Under the pieces are notes generated by a model. It searched no databases. It saw only the letters and a program-made list of their open reading frames with translations, and was not told the origin of the DNA. Shown one piece after another: positions 10,463 to 20,797 of a stretch of 64,000 bases of DNA. Each line of letters starts with the position of its first letter. The first letter of the stretch is position 1. The translations under genes were made by a program, and so were the position numbers. The DNA comes from an uncultured Porphyromonadaceae bacterium. GTDB taxonomy: Bacteria; Bacteroidota; Bacteroidia; Bacteroidales; Muribaculaceae. The DNA lies in NCBI GenBank assembly GCA_946410185.1, contig CAMJZI010000002.1, positions 3,921-67,920 on the forward strand, written 5' to 3'.

Positions 10463-12298
10463 ATGAAGATGAAAAAGATATATATAGCCATGTTGCTGGC
10501 GGCATTCTCCCTTAACGCGGGCTATGCCCAGGACAACACCAACTTGAACAAGGAAATCAACCTTGAGAAGGACATCGCTCCACTCGAGAAGAAGGCTGTC
10601 AAGAAAAATGAGCTGCCCAAGGTCAAAAAGCCCGCTCCCGTCGGCAAGAAGACACAGCTGGGCTACAGCGACCTCACCTCGCCCATCGATGTGCCCACCT
10701 CGATACCCACTCTGTTACCCTACGGCTACCGCACGGCACACAACTTCAGCGATAAGCGCGGATATCTGGATGTGGGCGGTGGCACGCAGGCCAATTTTGC
10801 AGTGGACTTCGGCTACCGCATCCTGAATGACGAGGGCGAGAACCTGGGCATCTGGTTCAACCACAACAGTTCATGGAATAGCAAGAACCCCTCAAAGGTT
10901 ATCACCCATGACGTGAACCGCAACAAGCAGAAGTTTAACGACAACACGCTGGGCGTGGACTACAGCCGTGCACTGGGCAAGGGCACCCTCACCCTGGGGC
11001 TCATGTCCCACATCGACATCTACAACTACTACGGCGGTTGGAATGAGTTGGAACTCTATCCGCTGAAGGAAGGCGGTGATGGTTTAACCATCTTATCCCC
11101 CTATAACTGGGATACCGAGAAACAGTCCTTCTTCAACATCAACCTCAATGCGGGCTGGAAAAGCCAGTTCACGCTGCTCGATAAGCCCTTGAAATACAAT
11201 GTCGGCCTGCTATACGGGCATGCCAATCACGACAAGCCCTTCGACGAGCACTACAAGCATGGTGTGCATGACAACTGGGGCATCATTGACTTGGGCGGCA
11301 GTTATGATATCACCGAGTTGACCAATGCGGCGTTGAACATCAAGGGTGAATACCTGCGTCGCGGTGTGAAGGCCAAGGCCGACAAGCAGCTTGACCTGTT
11401 CGACGAGGCAGGCATGGTTACTCTCTCGCCCACCTATAGCATCTCGGGCGACATGTTCAAGGTGCAACTGGGCTTGAATGCCCACATCTGCTTCAGCGAT
11501 GGTGCCGCCTTCCGTCTCTCGCCCAACGTGCGTGCCGGTCTGGCCCTTGTCGATGGCTTCTCGCTATTCGGCAACCTATTGGGCGGCAAGGCACTGGGCT
11601 ACCGTCAGGGCAAGCACTTTGTCAATTACCGCTACGACAACCCCTTGCTGCTCTATGGCAGCGTTTATACTCCCCTCGATGCCGAGGGTGGTTTCAAGAT
11701 TGGTCCCTTCCAGGGCTTGAGTGCCAAGGTGTCTATCGGTTACGCCATCGTCAAGGACGAGCCGGGCATTATCTATACAGTCAATTCTCTACTCGATGGC
11801 CTCATGTCATCTTACAACGTCATCGATAGCCGCGGTTACTACCTCAATGCCGAGGTCAATTACAAGTACCGCTCGCTCGTCGAGGCATCGGCAAGCCTTA
11901 AATATGCTCCCCGCGACAAGGAACTTTTTGAAACCGATAATCATTACAACGGTTACAAGATGGGTGTGGACCGCGCTTCCACCGTGGCCAACATCGACAT
12001 CAAGGTCTATCCCTGGCGACCGTTGTCGGTCAATGCCGGTCTTGAGTACCGTGGCGGTCGCATGGCATTGTTCAACACCAACGACTTGTTCTCGACGGAA
12101 TTTTATCCAAGTGCCAGATATACCTTTGCAGACATGGATGACGTCATCAACCTGCATGCAGGTGCCACCTATCGCCTCAACAGCACAGTCAGCCTGTGGT
12201 TACAGGCCCACAATCTATTGAATCGCCGCTACGACATCCTCTATGGCATGGGAGCCCAGCGCATCGGCTTCATGGTCGGTGCCGGCTTCACTTTCTAG
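10463..12298 (+). CDS. Outer-membrane beta-barrel, TonB-dependent-receptor-like
   Basis: Signal peptide MKMKKIYIAMLLAAFSLNAGYAQ; alternating aromatic strands; C-terminal HNLLNRRY...GAGFTF with terminal Phe. Confidence 0.75.
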   Translation: MKMKKIYIAMLLAAFSLNAGYAQDNTNLNKEINLEKDIAPLEKKAVKKNELPKVKKPAPVGKKTQLGYSDLTSPIDVPTSIPTLLPYGYRTAHNFSDKRGYLDVGGGTQANFAVDFGYRILNDEGENLGIWFNHNSSWNSKNPSKVITHDVNRNKQKFNDNTLGVDYSRALGKGTLTLGLMSHIDIYNYYGGWNELELYPLKEGGDGLTILSPYNWDTEKQSFFNINLNAGWKSQFTLLDKPLKYNVGLLYGHANHDKPFDEHYKHGVHDNWGIIDLGGSYDITELTNAALNIKGEYLRRGVKAKADKQLDLFDEAGMVTLSPTYSISGDMFKVQLGLNAHICFSDGAAFRLSPNVRAGLALVDGFSLFGNLLGGKALGYRQGKHFVNYRYDNPLLLYGSVYTPLDAEGGFKIGPFQGLSAKVSIGYAIVKDEPGIIYTVNSLLDGLMSSYNVIDSRGYYLNAEVNYKYRSLVEASASLKYAPRDKELFETDNHYNGYKMGVDRASTVANIDIKVYPWRPLSVNAGLEYRGGRMALFNTNDLFSTEFYPSARYTFADMDDVINLHAGATYRLNSTVSLWLQAHNLLNRRYDILYGMGAQRIGFMVGAGFTF

Positions 12299-12320
12299 AG
12301 AATTAGACATATCATTTCAA

Positions 12321-12368
12321 CAAGACCGTGGCTCGGGAACTGTCCGTGTCGCGGTCTTGGTTGTTTTA
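12321..12368 (+). terminator. Probable intrinsic terminator
   Basis: caagaccgtggc / gtcgcggtcttg stem (with G-U pairs) followed by gttgtttt. Confidence 0.6.
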
Positions 12369-12592
12369 TTGGTATAGCACAGCGCGGGTACTTTGTCAAG
12401 CAATCCTATTGATTGGTATAATTGTTTGGTTGATTGAAAAAAACAGGCAAAAGATGTATAATTTTTTTGTATTTTGATTTTTGTTGTTAATTTTGCCGAC
12501 TAGTTTTTGAAAATAACTGGCAGTGGCCCAAGCAAGGGCTCGCTATGGCTGCTGTCTATGAATAGTATTTGAGCCCGCCAAAATTCAATTTG

Positions 12593-15500
12593 ATGATGAA
12601 GAAACTTTTTATGTTCGTCATGATTCTCGCCTTGTCTGTTCCTGTATGGGCAGGAGAGAAGACAGTGACTATCTCTCGCAACGAGGGTATCTATGAACAA
12701 GGGTCTGGTGTCTATTATTGCACCAAGGGCGGCATCACCATGACCTTCTCCAGTGGTTTGAACAACGTCAACTATCTGGTTGAGCATCAACAGGTGATTT
12801 TTGACATCTTTTCGACCAACTATACCATCAAGAAGATTGTTTTCCACTGTCTGGACAACACTACCGACGACAATCTCGACTGCTTCTACTGGGGGCCCTC
12901 GACCATCAGCTTGTACAGTGGTGGCGGTTCCTATAGCTACGATGGCTATACCGGCACATGGGATGGCGGCGCGGCTGGCTCCAAGTACATCAAGTTCAAT
13001 ACCGAGGCCAAGCCCGTGCGTTTTGCCTCGGTGGATATCACCTTTGAGAAGGAACTGGGCGACATCTACGACCTGGTTACCAGCAATAGTGAGATTGAGG
13101 ACGGCCAGACCTATGTCCTGGTGAGCCAGCGAGCCTCCAAGGCCCTGAGCAAGGAGGAATACCATGGCTCGGACTCTTACACTACCTTCAGTTCAACGCC
13201 TGTCACCCTCTTGAATAACAATGCCAAGGTCAAGGTGACCGACGAGGTGCAGTTACTCAAGTTGGAGTCTTCCAACTACAGTTCTAGACCGTGGTACATC
13301 AAGGTGGGTGAGAACTACCTGCGCCGCCGCACCACCACGTCGGGGTCGGGTACCAACACTGGCTATAACCTGTACACCACGTCCAATATCGCCAGCGGCA
13401 GTGAGTCCTACTATCGCGCGTCAATCAGTGTGACGGGTAACACCAACAATAACGCCTTGATCAGGTTTGACCACAATAGCAGCGAGACGTCGGGCGGCAA
13501 GACGTTTGCCATCCGTCACTATAATGGCGGCAGCCTGTTCCGAGACATGGACTACTCGTCCAATAACAGCGATGCGTCCTACCAGCGCGTGTTCTTGTAC
13601 AAGCCGGCTCAGAACTATGCCATCACCACCCAGTGCCTGCCCAGCGACAACGACGGCTACATCACACTGGGCGATGGCGTGCTCGTGGACAATCAGGGAC
13701 GCCAGACCTCACAACAAGCCGATACCGTGAAATTCTTTGTCGGACCGACCGACGGCTGGGGCATTGGTGACGTGACGGTGACCAATCTCACAACCAGCGA
13801 ACTGACGGTTCTGCAGCCAACCGCAACAGGCGACTTTGGTAACGACTACGAGTTTGTGATGCCTGCTGCTAACGTGCACATCGTGGCCAATTTCCTGCCG
13901 CCTTACACCATCCACACCGTGGTCAACCCCGAGCAGGGTGGGGCGTTCAACTTTGTGAGCGGCTACAACGACTTCAATGGTCAGACAACGTCCAACAGCG
14001 GCAAGGTGGTCACCTTCACTGTCGAGCCCGAGGATAATTATTATCTCTCATCGGTTACCTATACCGACAACGAGACGGGCGAGACTGTGACCATGACCCC
14101 CGACGGCAATGGTGTGTACTCCTTTGTCATGCCGGCCAACGACGTGACCCTCGAGGCCACCTTCCTTGTCCAGCCCAACGAGCTGTACCTGTTAGGTACA
14201 TCGATGGGCCGCATCAGCTGGTGCGCGGCGGGTCCCAAATTCCAGTTCGATGGCACCAACTACTATCTTGATGTCTATTTCAAGGGCGGCAATGAGAATC
14301 CAAGTGTGGATCAGGCTTATGGCTACTTCAGCCTCTCAAAGAGAATCGACACCAGCATTGACTGGAGAACGGCTGCTTCGGGCGCCGGCGACTGGGGCGT
14401 GATGAACGGTATGAGACTGGCTGCCACCTCCAACAATTATCTCGTGGGCGATGGCTCGACGGGAGTCGTCTTGTCGGGCAACAATCCGGATAATGCCTTT
14501 AAGATTCCTGCCGGTATCTACCGTATCACCGTCAGCGGTGACATGAGCACGATGAGCATCAGACAGACGCCCGTCACGCTCACCATCACCCCGCCCAGTG
14601 GCTACAAGAAGAAAGGCACCGTGGTCAATATCACCAGCGATGTCGAGGAAAAGGTGCATGCCGTTGCCCAGATTCACGGAGTCAACGAGGATGCACAGAC
14701 CATCCAGTACAGCCTCAATGGCGGCACCCTGGCCACTGGCACAGAACTCACGCTTACCAACGAGGGCCAGAATACCGTTTACGGCCAGTCTAACATCGGC
14801 TATATCATGGCCACCAGCACCGCAGTATATAATGTGGTGAGTGACCTCTATTTGCTGGGATGGCACAACGGCGCCAGCACCTTCCAGCTCAACGGCTCTG
14901 CGTTGGACTTTGACAACGACACCGAGACCTACAGCATCACCGTCTATTACAAGGGACGTCGTGACGTGCCAGGCGAGGTGGATCTTACCAAGGGTTGGTT
15001 CCACTTTTCAACCATCCAGGACAATGCTTCCAGCACCGACGATGTGCGCCATCATTACCTGGTGGCCGATTACGACGACCTGAATGTAGTTTACTACGAC
15101 GAGGGCGGCACGCCGGTGATGCATAATCTTAGCCCCTTTGTTTCGGGTGGTATCAGCGCTTTTGAGATTGAGCCTGGCCTGTATACAATCTATGTCAACG
15201 GTGCCAAGAATCAGATGTGGGTAATGCGCCACCAGTTTGAGCTCGACCTTGAACCTGGGGGCGGCGCCAGTGCAGCCGAGCCTACCTATGTGCGATATGG
15301 ACAGGAAGTGACCGCCTGGAGCAACCTGCAGGATTTGATTCAGGCCATCAATCCTGATGAGGTGAATGCCTCCTACCAGGTGAAGCAGAATGGTGGTGAC
15401 TGGACTCCCGGCAACACTACCGTGATTACAACTCCCGGAATCACTCAGGTGGCTGGCCAGTCCTACATCGGCTACATCGTGGCCGAGGAAGATGGCTATT

Positions 15501-16558
15501 ATGCCTATACGCCGCTGGCCTATATCGAGGGGTCGGTTGATCCTGAGGCCAGTGTGGTTGTGTGTGACACTCTGGTGGGTACCTGGGCAGTGGTCAAAGA
15601 TGGTCTGAAACTCTTGTGGGCCAAGGATATCGGTAACAAGTCAATCGACAAGACCTTTATCATCGAGGGCGAGAATGGCCAAAAGGACTATGTGACCGAT
15701 ATGCTGAAATACCAGCAGCATGATTGGGACCAGAGCAACTGGGTGGTGCTCAACTTCAGTGGTGTTGCCGATGATCCTCACAACTTTGTCGGCATTGGCA
15801 TCGACCCGCTGTCTGTCAAGGGTTACTACGACGATGGCTTGAACTACAACATCGTTTTGAGCGATAATCCCACTCCGCTACAGGATGTGCAGTATCCTGG
15901 TTATCCTGGCTATGTGCCCGATTATCTCGAGGCGAATGAAAACATCGACTACTCGTATAACCATTATATCATGGCCAACTTTATGCCCTACAACTTGAAT
16001 GCGCCCTATGGCGACGGCTTTGTGGCCGCTGAGGGCTCGGCCAATTCCAATCTGGTGGGTAGCAGGTTGTTCTTCATGAATCCCAAGGCCCAGGAGGTGG
16101 CTCATGTGATGGGTGTATGGAACGACAATGACCAGTTCACCGTTTACACCCGCGACGGGGTGAACAATGGCTACAATTTCGACGGCATGATTGATGTGGA
16201 TTGGAGATATAACAGAATCGGCCAGTCTGATTATGAAGTGCCCGTACTCAAGGCCGATACCGCCTACGTCTTCCACATGGCTATCGAATTGATTGATAAC
16301 AGGTCGTCCAATGCTGTTCTCGGTGCTAGTGCCAAGCCTGGAACACCCAGCACGCGGTACAGGGGTTATCCCCTTGATCTGCCGGGCCATGACGCTATTC
16401 CCACCAGTGTGGTAGAATTGGCTCCGGGCAAGCAGGTCGACAGTGTGCGTTACTACAATGTCATGGGCGTGGAGAGCAATGAGCCGTTCCAGGGCGTCAA
16501 CATCGTTGTCACCCGTTACAGCGACGGCAGCGTCTCTGCTGTCAAGATATTGAGATAA
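12593..16558 (+). CDS. Large secreted modular surface protein (InlB-B-repeat-like and SusE/F-like modules, T9SS-type C-terminal domain)
   Basis: Signal peptide MMKKLFMFVMILALSVPVWA; two repeats ending FVMPAANVHIVANF / FVMPANDVTLEATF; two LYLLG...YFKG/YYKG...G(I/L)Y modules; C-terminus VRYYNVMGVESNEPFQGVNIVVTRYSDGSVSAVKILR. Promoter TAATTTTG at 12488-12495. Confidence 0.7.
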   Translation: MMKKLFMFVMILALSVPVWAGEKTVTISRNEGIYEQGSGVYYCTKGGITMTFSSGLNNVNYLVEHQQVIFDIFSTNYTIKKIVFHCLDNTTDDNLDCFYWGPSTISLYSGGGSYSYDGYTGTWDGGAAGSKYIKFNTEAKPVRFASVDITFEKELGDIYDLVTSNSEIEDGQTYVLVSQRASKALSKEEYHGSDSYTTFSSTPVTLLNNNAKVKVTDEVQLLKLESSNYSSRPWYIKVGENYLRRRTTTSGSGTNTGYNLYTTSNIASGSESYYRASISVTGNTNNNALIRFDHNSSETSGGKTFAIRHYNGGSLFRDMDYSSNNSDASYQRVFLYKPAQNYAITTQCLPSDNDGYITLGDGVLVDNQGRQTSQQADTVKFFVGPTDGWGIGDVTVTNLTTSELTVLQPTATGDFGNDYEFVMPAANVHIVANFLPPYTIHTVVNPEQGGAFNFVSGYNDFNGQTTSNSGKVVTFTVEPEDNYYLSSVTYTDNETGETVTMTPDGNGVYSFVMPANDVTLEATFLVQPNELYLLGTSMGRISWCAAGPKFQFDGTNYYLDVYFKGGNENPSVDQAYGYFSLSKRIDTSIDWRTAASGAGDWGVMNGMRLAATSNNYLVGDGSTGVVLSGNNPDNAFKIPAGIYRITVSGDMSTMSIRQTPVTLTITPPSGYKKKGTVVNITSDVEEKVHAVAQIHGVNEDAQTIQYSLNGGTLATGTELTLTNEGQNTVYGQSNIGYIMATSTAVYNVVSDLYLLGWHNGASTFQLNGSALDFDNDTETYSITVYYKGRRDVPGEVDLTKGWFHFSTIQDNASSTDDVRHHYLVADYDDLNVVYYDEGGTPVMHNLSPFVSGGISAFEIEPGLYTIYVNGAKNQMWVMRHQFELDLEPGGGASAAEPTYVRYGQEVTAWSNLQDLIQAINPDEVNASYQVKQNGGDWTPGNTTVITTPGITQVAGQSYIGYIVAEEDGYYAYTPLAYIEGSVDPEASVVVCDTLVGTWAVVKDGLKLLWAKDIGNKSIDKTFIIEGENGQKDYVTDMLKYQQHDWDQSNWVVLNFSGVADDPHNFVGIGIDPLSVKGYYDDGLNYNIVLSDNPTPLQDVQYPGYPGYVPDYLEANENIDYSYNHYIMANFMPYNLNAPYGDGFVAAEGSANSNLVGSRLFFMNPKAQEVAHVMGVWNDNDQFTVYTRDGVNNGYNFDGMIDVDWRYNRIGQSDYEVPVLKADTAYVFHMAIELIDNRSSNAVLGASAKPGTPSTRYRGYPLDLPGHDAIPTSVVELAPGKQVDSVRYYNVMGVESNEPFQGVNIVVTRYSDGSVSAVKILR

Positions 16559-16584
16559 CCCGACTATTAAGCGATTGAATTTTG

Positions 16585-16622
16585 GGCCGCCAGTCCTCTT
16601 CGATGAGGGTTGGCGGCTGTTC
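16585..16622 (+). terminator. Probable intrinsic terminator
   Basis: ggccgccagtcctc / gagggttggcggct stem just after the stop; weak U-tail. Confidence 0.55.
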
Positions 16623-16763
16623 CTTATGGTATGCCAGGAGCCTTAAGTTTTAGAATTATAGGTGCTGATGGGAGTGGGTTTGAGAAAAAATATTACCTTT
16701 GTCAGCAAAATCTTAAAAACGCTAATAATAGAATTGCTCATCAATAGAAAAACTATTTGGGAT

Positions 16764-18200
16764 ATGAATAAGAATTACTTGGGCTCATGCATCAGGGTGG
16801 CCGTGGCAGCCATTGCTGCATTGTGCTGTCATGATGCCGAGGCGCAAATGCTGCGCACCACCTATTTCATGGACGGTTCACACTACCGCATGCAGTTAAA
16901 TCCGGCGCTAGCTCCAACTCGCGGTTTTATACACTTGCCGGGTGTGGGCAACACGGGTGCGGCCTACCGCTCCAACAGCCTGAACATCGACAACCTCATC
17001 GACATCATGGACAACCGTGACGATGCCACCTATTTCACCTCCGATAATTTCTTCAACGGCCTGGACGAGAAGAACCATGCGCTGCTCAACGCCAGTACCG
17101 ACCTGCTGGCCGTGGGATGGTGGCATGGTAAGAGTTTCTGGTCAATCAACTGGGGCGTGAAGGCCGATGGCTATGTGAGCGCTCCTCGAACGGCTTTTTC
17201 GTTTCTGCGCGACATGAAGGGCATGAACAAGATTGACTATGCCCACTATGTGTCTGATGTGATGAACGAGGAACTCAATGTCAATGCCTATAGCGAAATG
17301 GGTGTGGGATGGGCTAGGCAGTTTGGCAACTTTAGTGCCGGTGTCCGCGTCAAGGGACTGCTGGGAATCGGCCATGTAAACTTGAAGGTCAACAGGATGC
17401 TTGTGCAGACCAGTTTTGAGGGCATCGACCCTGGGATGGACTGGAGCAATCCCGACTATGATGAACTGATGGATGTCACGGGAACGGCGACTATCGATGT
17501 CGATGCCGAGCTCCAGAGTTCCTGTGAGGGCTTACTCTTTCCTGCTAACGAGGCGGGCTATATCGATGATCTGGACTTTGATACAGGCAAGATGGGCATT
17601 GCTGGCATCGGTGCCGGTATTGATGTTGGTGTGGCATGCCGTGTGGCCGGTGGCCTGACTTTGTCGGCTGCCGTGGTCGATCTGGGCTTCATCAAGTGGT
17701 CCAAGAAGGCTACCCAGTTGGCCCGTTCCAGCGCATCGACAATGAGTTTCGACACCGAAAATCCTAATGACATGGTTGACTTTATGGATGTCATTTGTTC
17801 GGGTAAGGTGCTCAACCCCGACCTGTTGCGTTTGTACCCCGAAGGCGAGTCCTCAAAGGCGCGTACCACCAACCTGGCATCGACCATGACGCTTGGTGCC
17901 GAGTATGCCACGATGAGCGATCAGTTGAGGTTCGGCATCCTTTATTCCAATCATTTTGCACACATCAGGAACGAGTCCGAGGTGACCTTGTCGGTCAACT
18001 ACAGCCCCAGCAGCATGGTGGACTTTTCTGCCAGCTATTCACCCCTGTTGTGCGGTGGCAAGTCGTTTGGTCTCGCCGTCAAGGCTGGTCCTCTGTTCGT
18101 GGGAACCGACTACATGTATCTGGGCAAGGATACCAAGTGCTGCAACGCTCTGATCGGCATCTCAATCCCCCTGGGCGCGGGCAACCAAGAATCTGAATAA
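16764..18200 (+). CDS. DUF5723-like outer-membrane beta-barrel protein
   Basis: Signal peptide, TTYFM...RMQLNPA N-terminus, LSAAVVDLGFIKW, GPLFVGTDY and GISIPLG motifs. Promoter TACCTTTG at 16694-16701. Confidence 0.7.
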   Translation: MNKNYLGSCIRVAVAAIAALCCHDAEAQMLRTTYFMDGSHYRMQLNPALAPTRGFIHLPGVGNTGAAYRSNSLNIDNLIDIMDNRDDATYFTSDNFFNGLDEKNHALLNASTDLLAVGWWHGKSFWSINWGVKADGYVSAPRTAFSFLRDMKGMNKIDYAHYVSDVMNEELNVNAYSEMGVGWARQFGNFSAGVRVKGLLGIGHVNLKVNRMLVQTSFEGIDPGMDWSNPDYDELMDVTGTATIDVDAELQSSCEGLLFPANEAGYIDDLDFDTGKMGIAGIGAGIDVGVACRVAGGLTLSAAVVDLGFIKWSKKATQLARSSASTMSFDTENPNDMVDFMDVICSGKVLNPDLLRLYPEGESSKARTTNLASTMTLGAEYATMSDQLRFGILYSNHFAHIRNESEVTLSVNYSPSSMVDFSASYSPLLCGGKSFGLAVKAGPLFVGTDYMYLGKDTKCCNALIGISIPLGAGNQESE

Positions 18201-18254
18201 TTCAGCACCGGGCTTGATCAAGTCCGGGAAAGCTTATTCCCGAAGGAATCATAA

Positions 18255-18305
18255 GGTATCAACTAGAAGAGCGTGACACCAAGTCACGCTCTTCTAGTTG
18301 ATACC
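18255..18305. terminator. Perfect 23-bp inverted repeat between convergent genes (bidirectional terminator or REP-like)
   Basis: ggtatcaactagaagagcgtgac-accaa-gtcacgctcttctagttgatacc. Confidence 0.7.
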
Positions 18306-18363
18306 AATCATTCTTGTCTCAATAGAGATGATTGAGCACAAATCTATCTGCTCTGGAATCACT

Positions 18364-20733
18364 TCATGAGAGCAGGATCTTGATGATGGCGTTGATATCG
18401 GCGATGTTGATTTCGTTGTCGCCATTTACATCGGCGCGCTGCCTTACCTCGATGCTGGCACTCTTGCCCTGGATGATGTTGATGACTGCATTTGCGTCGG
18501 CGATGTTGACCTCTCCGTCGCCGTTCACGTCACCGCGTTTATGTGCCGGCGTGTCGGGGATATAGATGGTGTAGGTGCTGGTGGATCCCAGTCTTACCTC
18601 TTGACCCTCGCTGTAGTAGTACACGATAGCAAAGTATTGCCAATCGTTCATCACATTGTCTGTCTCGAATTGTACCGTGACTGGCTGGCGTGCCTTGACG
18701 TTCACCGTCTGGGTCTTGCTGTCGATCATCGTTCCATAGTTGCCGTAGATGCGCTTGTAGAACTTGACGGTGATATCCTCTTGGTAGGGTGTCGTTGTCG
18801 TGTTGCTCGCATTGATTTCAACGCTGAATTTGTTGCTGTGGATAATCTTTTGGGCCTCGTTGGTGACGTTAAGCGCCTTGACATTGCCTGTCAGATTGCC
18901 GTAGGGCATCGCATTGATGGTGACTGTCCTTGAGGCAATGGGACTGTTCCCGTTTCCATTGAGTGAGAAGGTGAGGGTGGTCGTGCCTGCTGTCTCGCGG
19001 TAATACACAAAGTCCACATTTCCGCTTTCTCCCTTTTCCATGTTCACAAAACCTGATGCGTAGAATGTGCCATTGGCAAACATGTAGATCTGGTCGTTCA
19101 TCGAGTTGCCTTTGTTAGTCACGTTCAGGGTGATGTTCACGGGGCGGTTGGGGTGCATATTGCCCGATATCGTGATGTCGTTGACCTGGTAGGACGGTGT
19201 CGCGGCATTGCCGTGGCAGGTGGCAGTGCATGTGCTGCCATTAATATTCACCTCGACGTAGTTGATGTCCGACCCGATACAGGGCTGCCAGTTATTGGCT
19301 GCAACCGAGCTGTAGATGGGCACGATGCGGAAATTGCCGCTAGAAATCCCGCTGCCAAACGACATCGTGCGCGTCGGGTAGATGTAGTAATTGGGCTTGA
19401 GGTTGCTTTGAGTGCCCTTGTACAGCACCGACACGAGCGTGCTGCCCTTGTACAACCCCCATCCATAGTCAAAACTAATGCTCTTGGGCATGAGGTTGAT
19501 GAATTCGGTGGTCAGCGAGATCGAAAAGTCGCTGTTGGCGTTGCTGCGCGATGGGTTGTAATTCGTGATCGAGGTGAGCCTGTTGGTCAATTCGAGTTGG
19601 CTGGTCGCTGTACCAGGCTCAATGCCGAGGACCGCAAGCTGACCCATAATGTAGCCATAGGCTCCGCTCGAACTGCCGGTGCCTTGCGCATCGGGGTTGA
19701 GCACATTGAGCAGGAAGTATCCGTTGCTCTGGCCGTTCCAGCCCCAGTTGATGTGGAACATGCCGTTGCCGTCATAGCCGTCGCAAACAAAGGCGTGTCC
19801 TCCGGTCTTCTTGGCTCCGCGATAGACAACGGGACGCTTGGCGGCGAGTTCGTTGTAAATCATGCTTTCCCACTCTTGGGTGGTGTGGTTGCGGCGACTG
19901 ACCGTGTGAACCGTTGACTTGTAGCCAAAGAAATTGACCAATGCTGTCGAGATGTCAAACGCATCAGCACTTGAACTCTCCTTGTTGAAGTCCATCTGGA
20001 GTGCCTGTGCGCAGTATTTCGACACCTTCGCTGCTTCCAGGGCACTTGTGCTCAGTGAATCACTCATCAGGTAGGTGTCGTGCAAGATACTCCAGTTGAA
20101 ATCAGATATGGGCAGCTCGGGCATATAGATTGACTTGGTGTACGTCGTGTAGGCGGGAATAGCGGCTGTGGATGTAGTGGGCCATTTCCAGTAATACATG
20201 ACCTGGGCCATAGCGGTTGCCACACAGCCCACGGGCGGGTGTACCCCATTGATGAAGGGTAGCGTTACTTTATAGGGGCTGTTCTGGGACCATTGGCAGG
20301 TGAGCAGCGGCATGATGGGGCTGCCGGCGGTAAAATGGGTAGCCGGTTGTGCTCCCTGGCTCAGGGCTTCGACCTGTGCGGCATAGCTGTCGAGCAGTTC
20401 CTGCATCGCCTCGGGCACTTGTTCCTCGTCAAAGGTGCCGTGGTCGCTGTAACCCAACACTGCGGGCAAGCGGTCATCACCGGCCACGATGACATAGCCG
20501 CCTTGCTGGGTGGCCGTTGAATTAAATACGTAGTAGGCTGCTTGGGCAGTATGGCTGGCGGCTCCCTTGCGAGGGGCTTTGCTGGCCATGTGCAAGCGTG
20601 TGGATGGCAGGGCTTTACGGGCCATGAATCCACTGGCGATTTCACGTGCCCGGCTCTCGGTGATGGTGGCTGCACTGGCGGTCGCCATGAGGACCAGGAA
20701 TGTGAGGAATACTAGATGGCGCAAATTTCTCAT
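18364..20733 (-). CDS. C10 (streptopain/interpain-like) cysteine protease with Spi-like prodomain and C-terminal dockerin type I domain
   Basis: Signal peptide; GYVIVAGDD...VLGYS prodomain; WSQ, VGCVATAMAQ (catalytic Cys), GHAFVCDGY (catalytic His), HINWGW; C-terminal GDVNGDGEVNIAD...ADVNGDNEINIAD. Confidence 0.92.
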   Translation of the reverse strand: MRNLRHLVFLTFLVLMATASAATITESRAREIASGFMARKALPSTRLHMASKAPRKGAASHTAQAAYYVFNSTATQQGGYVIVAGDDRLPAVLGYSDHGTFDEEQVPEAMQELLDSYAAQVEALSQGAQPATHFTAGSPIMPLLTCQWSQNSPYKVTLPFINGVHPPVGCVATAMAQVMYYWKWPTTSTAAIPAYTTYTKSIYMPELPISDFNWSILHDTYLMSDSLSTSALEAAKVSKYCAQALQMDFNKESSSADAFDISTALVNFFGYKSTVHTVSRRNHTTQEWESMIYNELAAKRPVVYRGAKKTGGHAFVCDGYDGNGMFHINWGWNGQSNGYFLLNVLNPDAQGTGSSSGAYGYIMGQLAVLGIEPGTATSQLELTNRLTSITNYNPSRSNANSDFSISLTTEFINLMPKSISFDYGWGLYKGSTLVSVLYKGTQSNLKPNYYIYPTRTMSFGSGISSGNFRIVPIYSSVAANNWQPCIGSDINYVEVNINGSTCTATCHGNAATPSYQVNDITISGNMHPNRPVNITLNVTNKGNSMNDQIYMFANGTFYASGFVNMEKGESGNVDFVYYRETAGTTTLTFSLNGNGNSPIASRTVTINAMPYGNLTGNVKALNVTNEAQKIIHSNKFSVEINASNTTTTPYQEDITVKFYKRIYGNYGTMIDSKTQTVNVKARQPVTVQFETDNVMNDWQYFAIVYYYSEGQEVRLGSTSTYTIYIPDTPAHKRGDVNGDGEVNIADANAVINIIQGKSASIEVRQRADVNGDNEINIADINAIIKILLS
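19685..19813. repeat. 129-bp exact direct repeat, copy 1 (copy 2 at 22122-22250)
   Basis: Base-by-base comparison shows tgcgcatcgggg...ccggtcttcttg is identical in both C10 genes. Confidence 0.92.
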
Positions 20734-20797
20734 AATTTATTAGTGTTATAGTGAGATACGTAGGCATCAATTGTGAATCAATGAATAGACGTTATGA

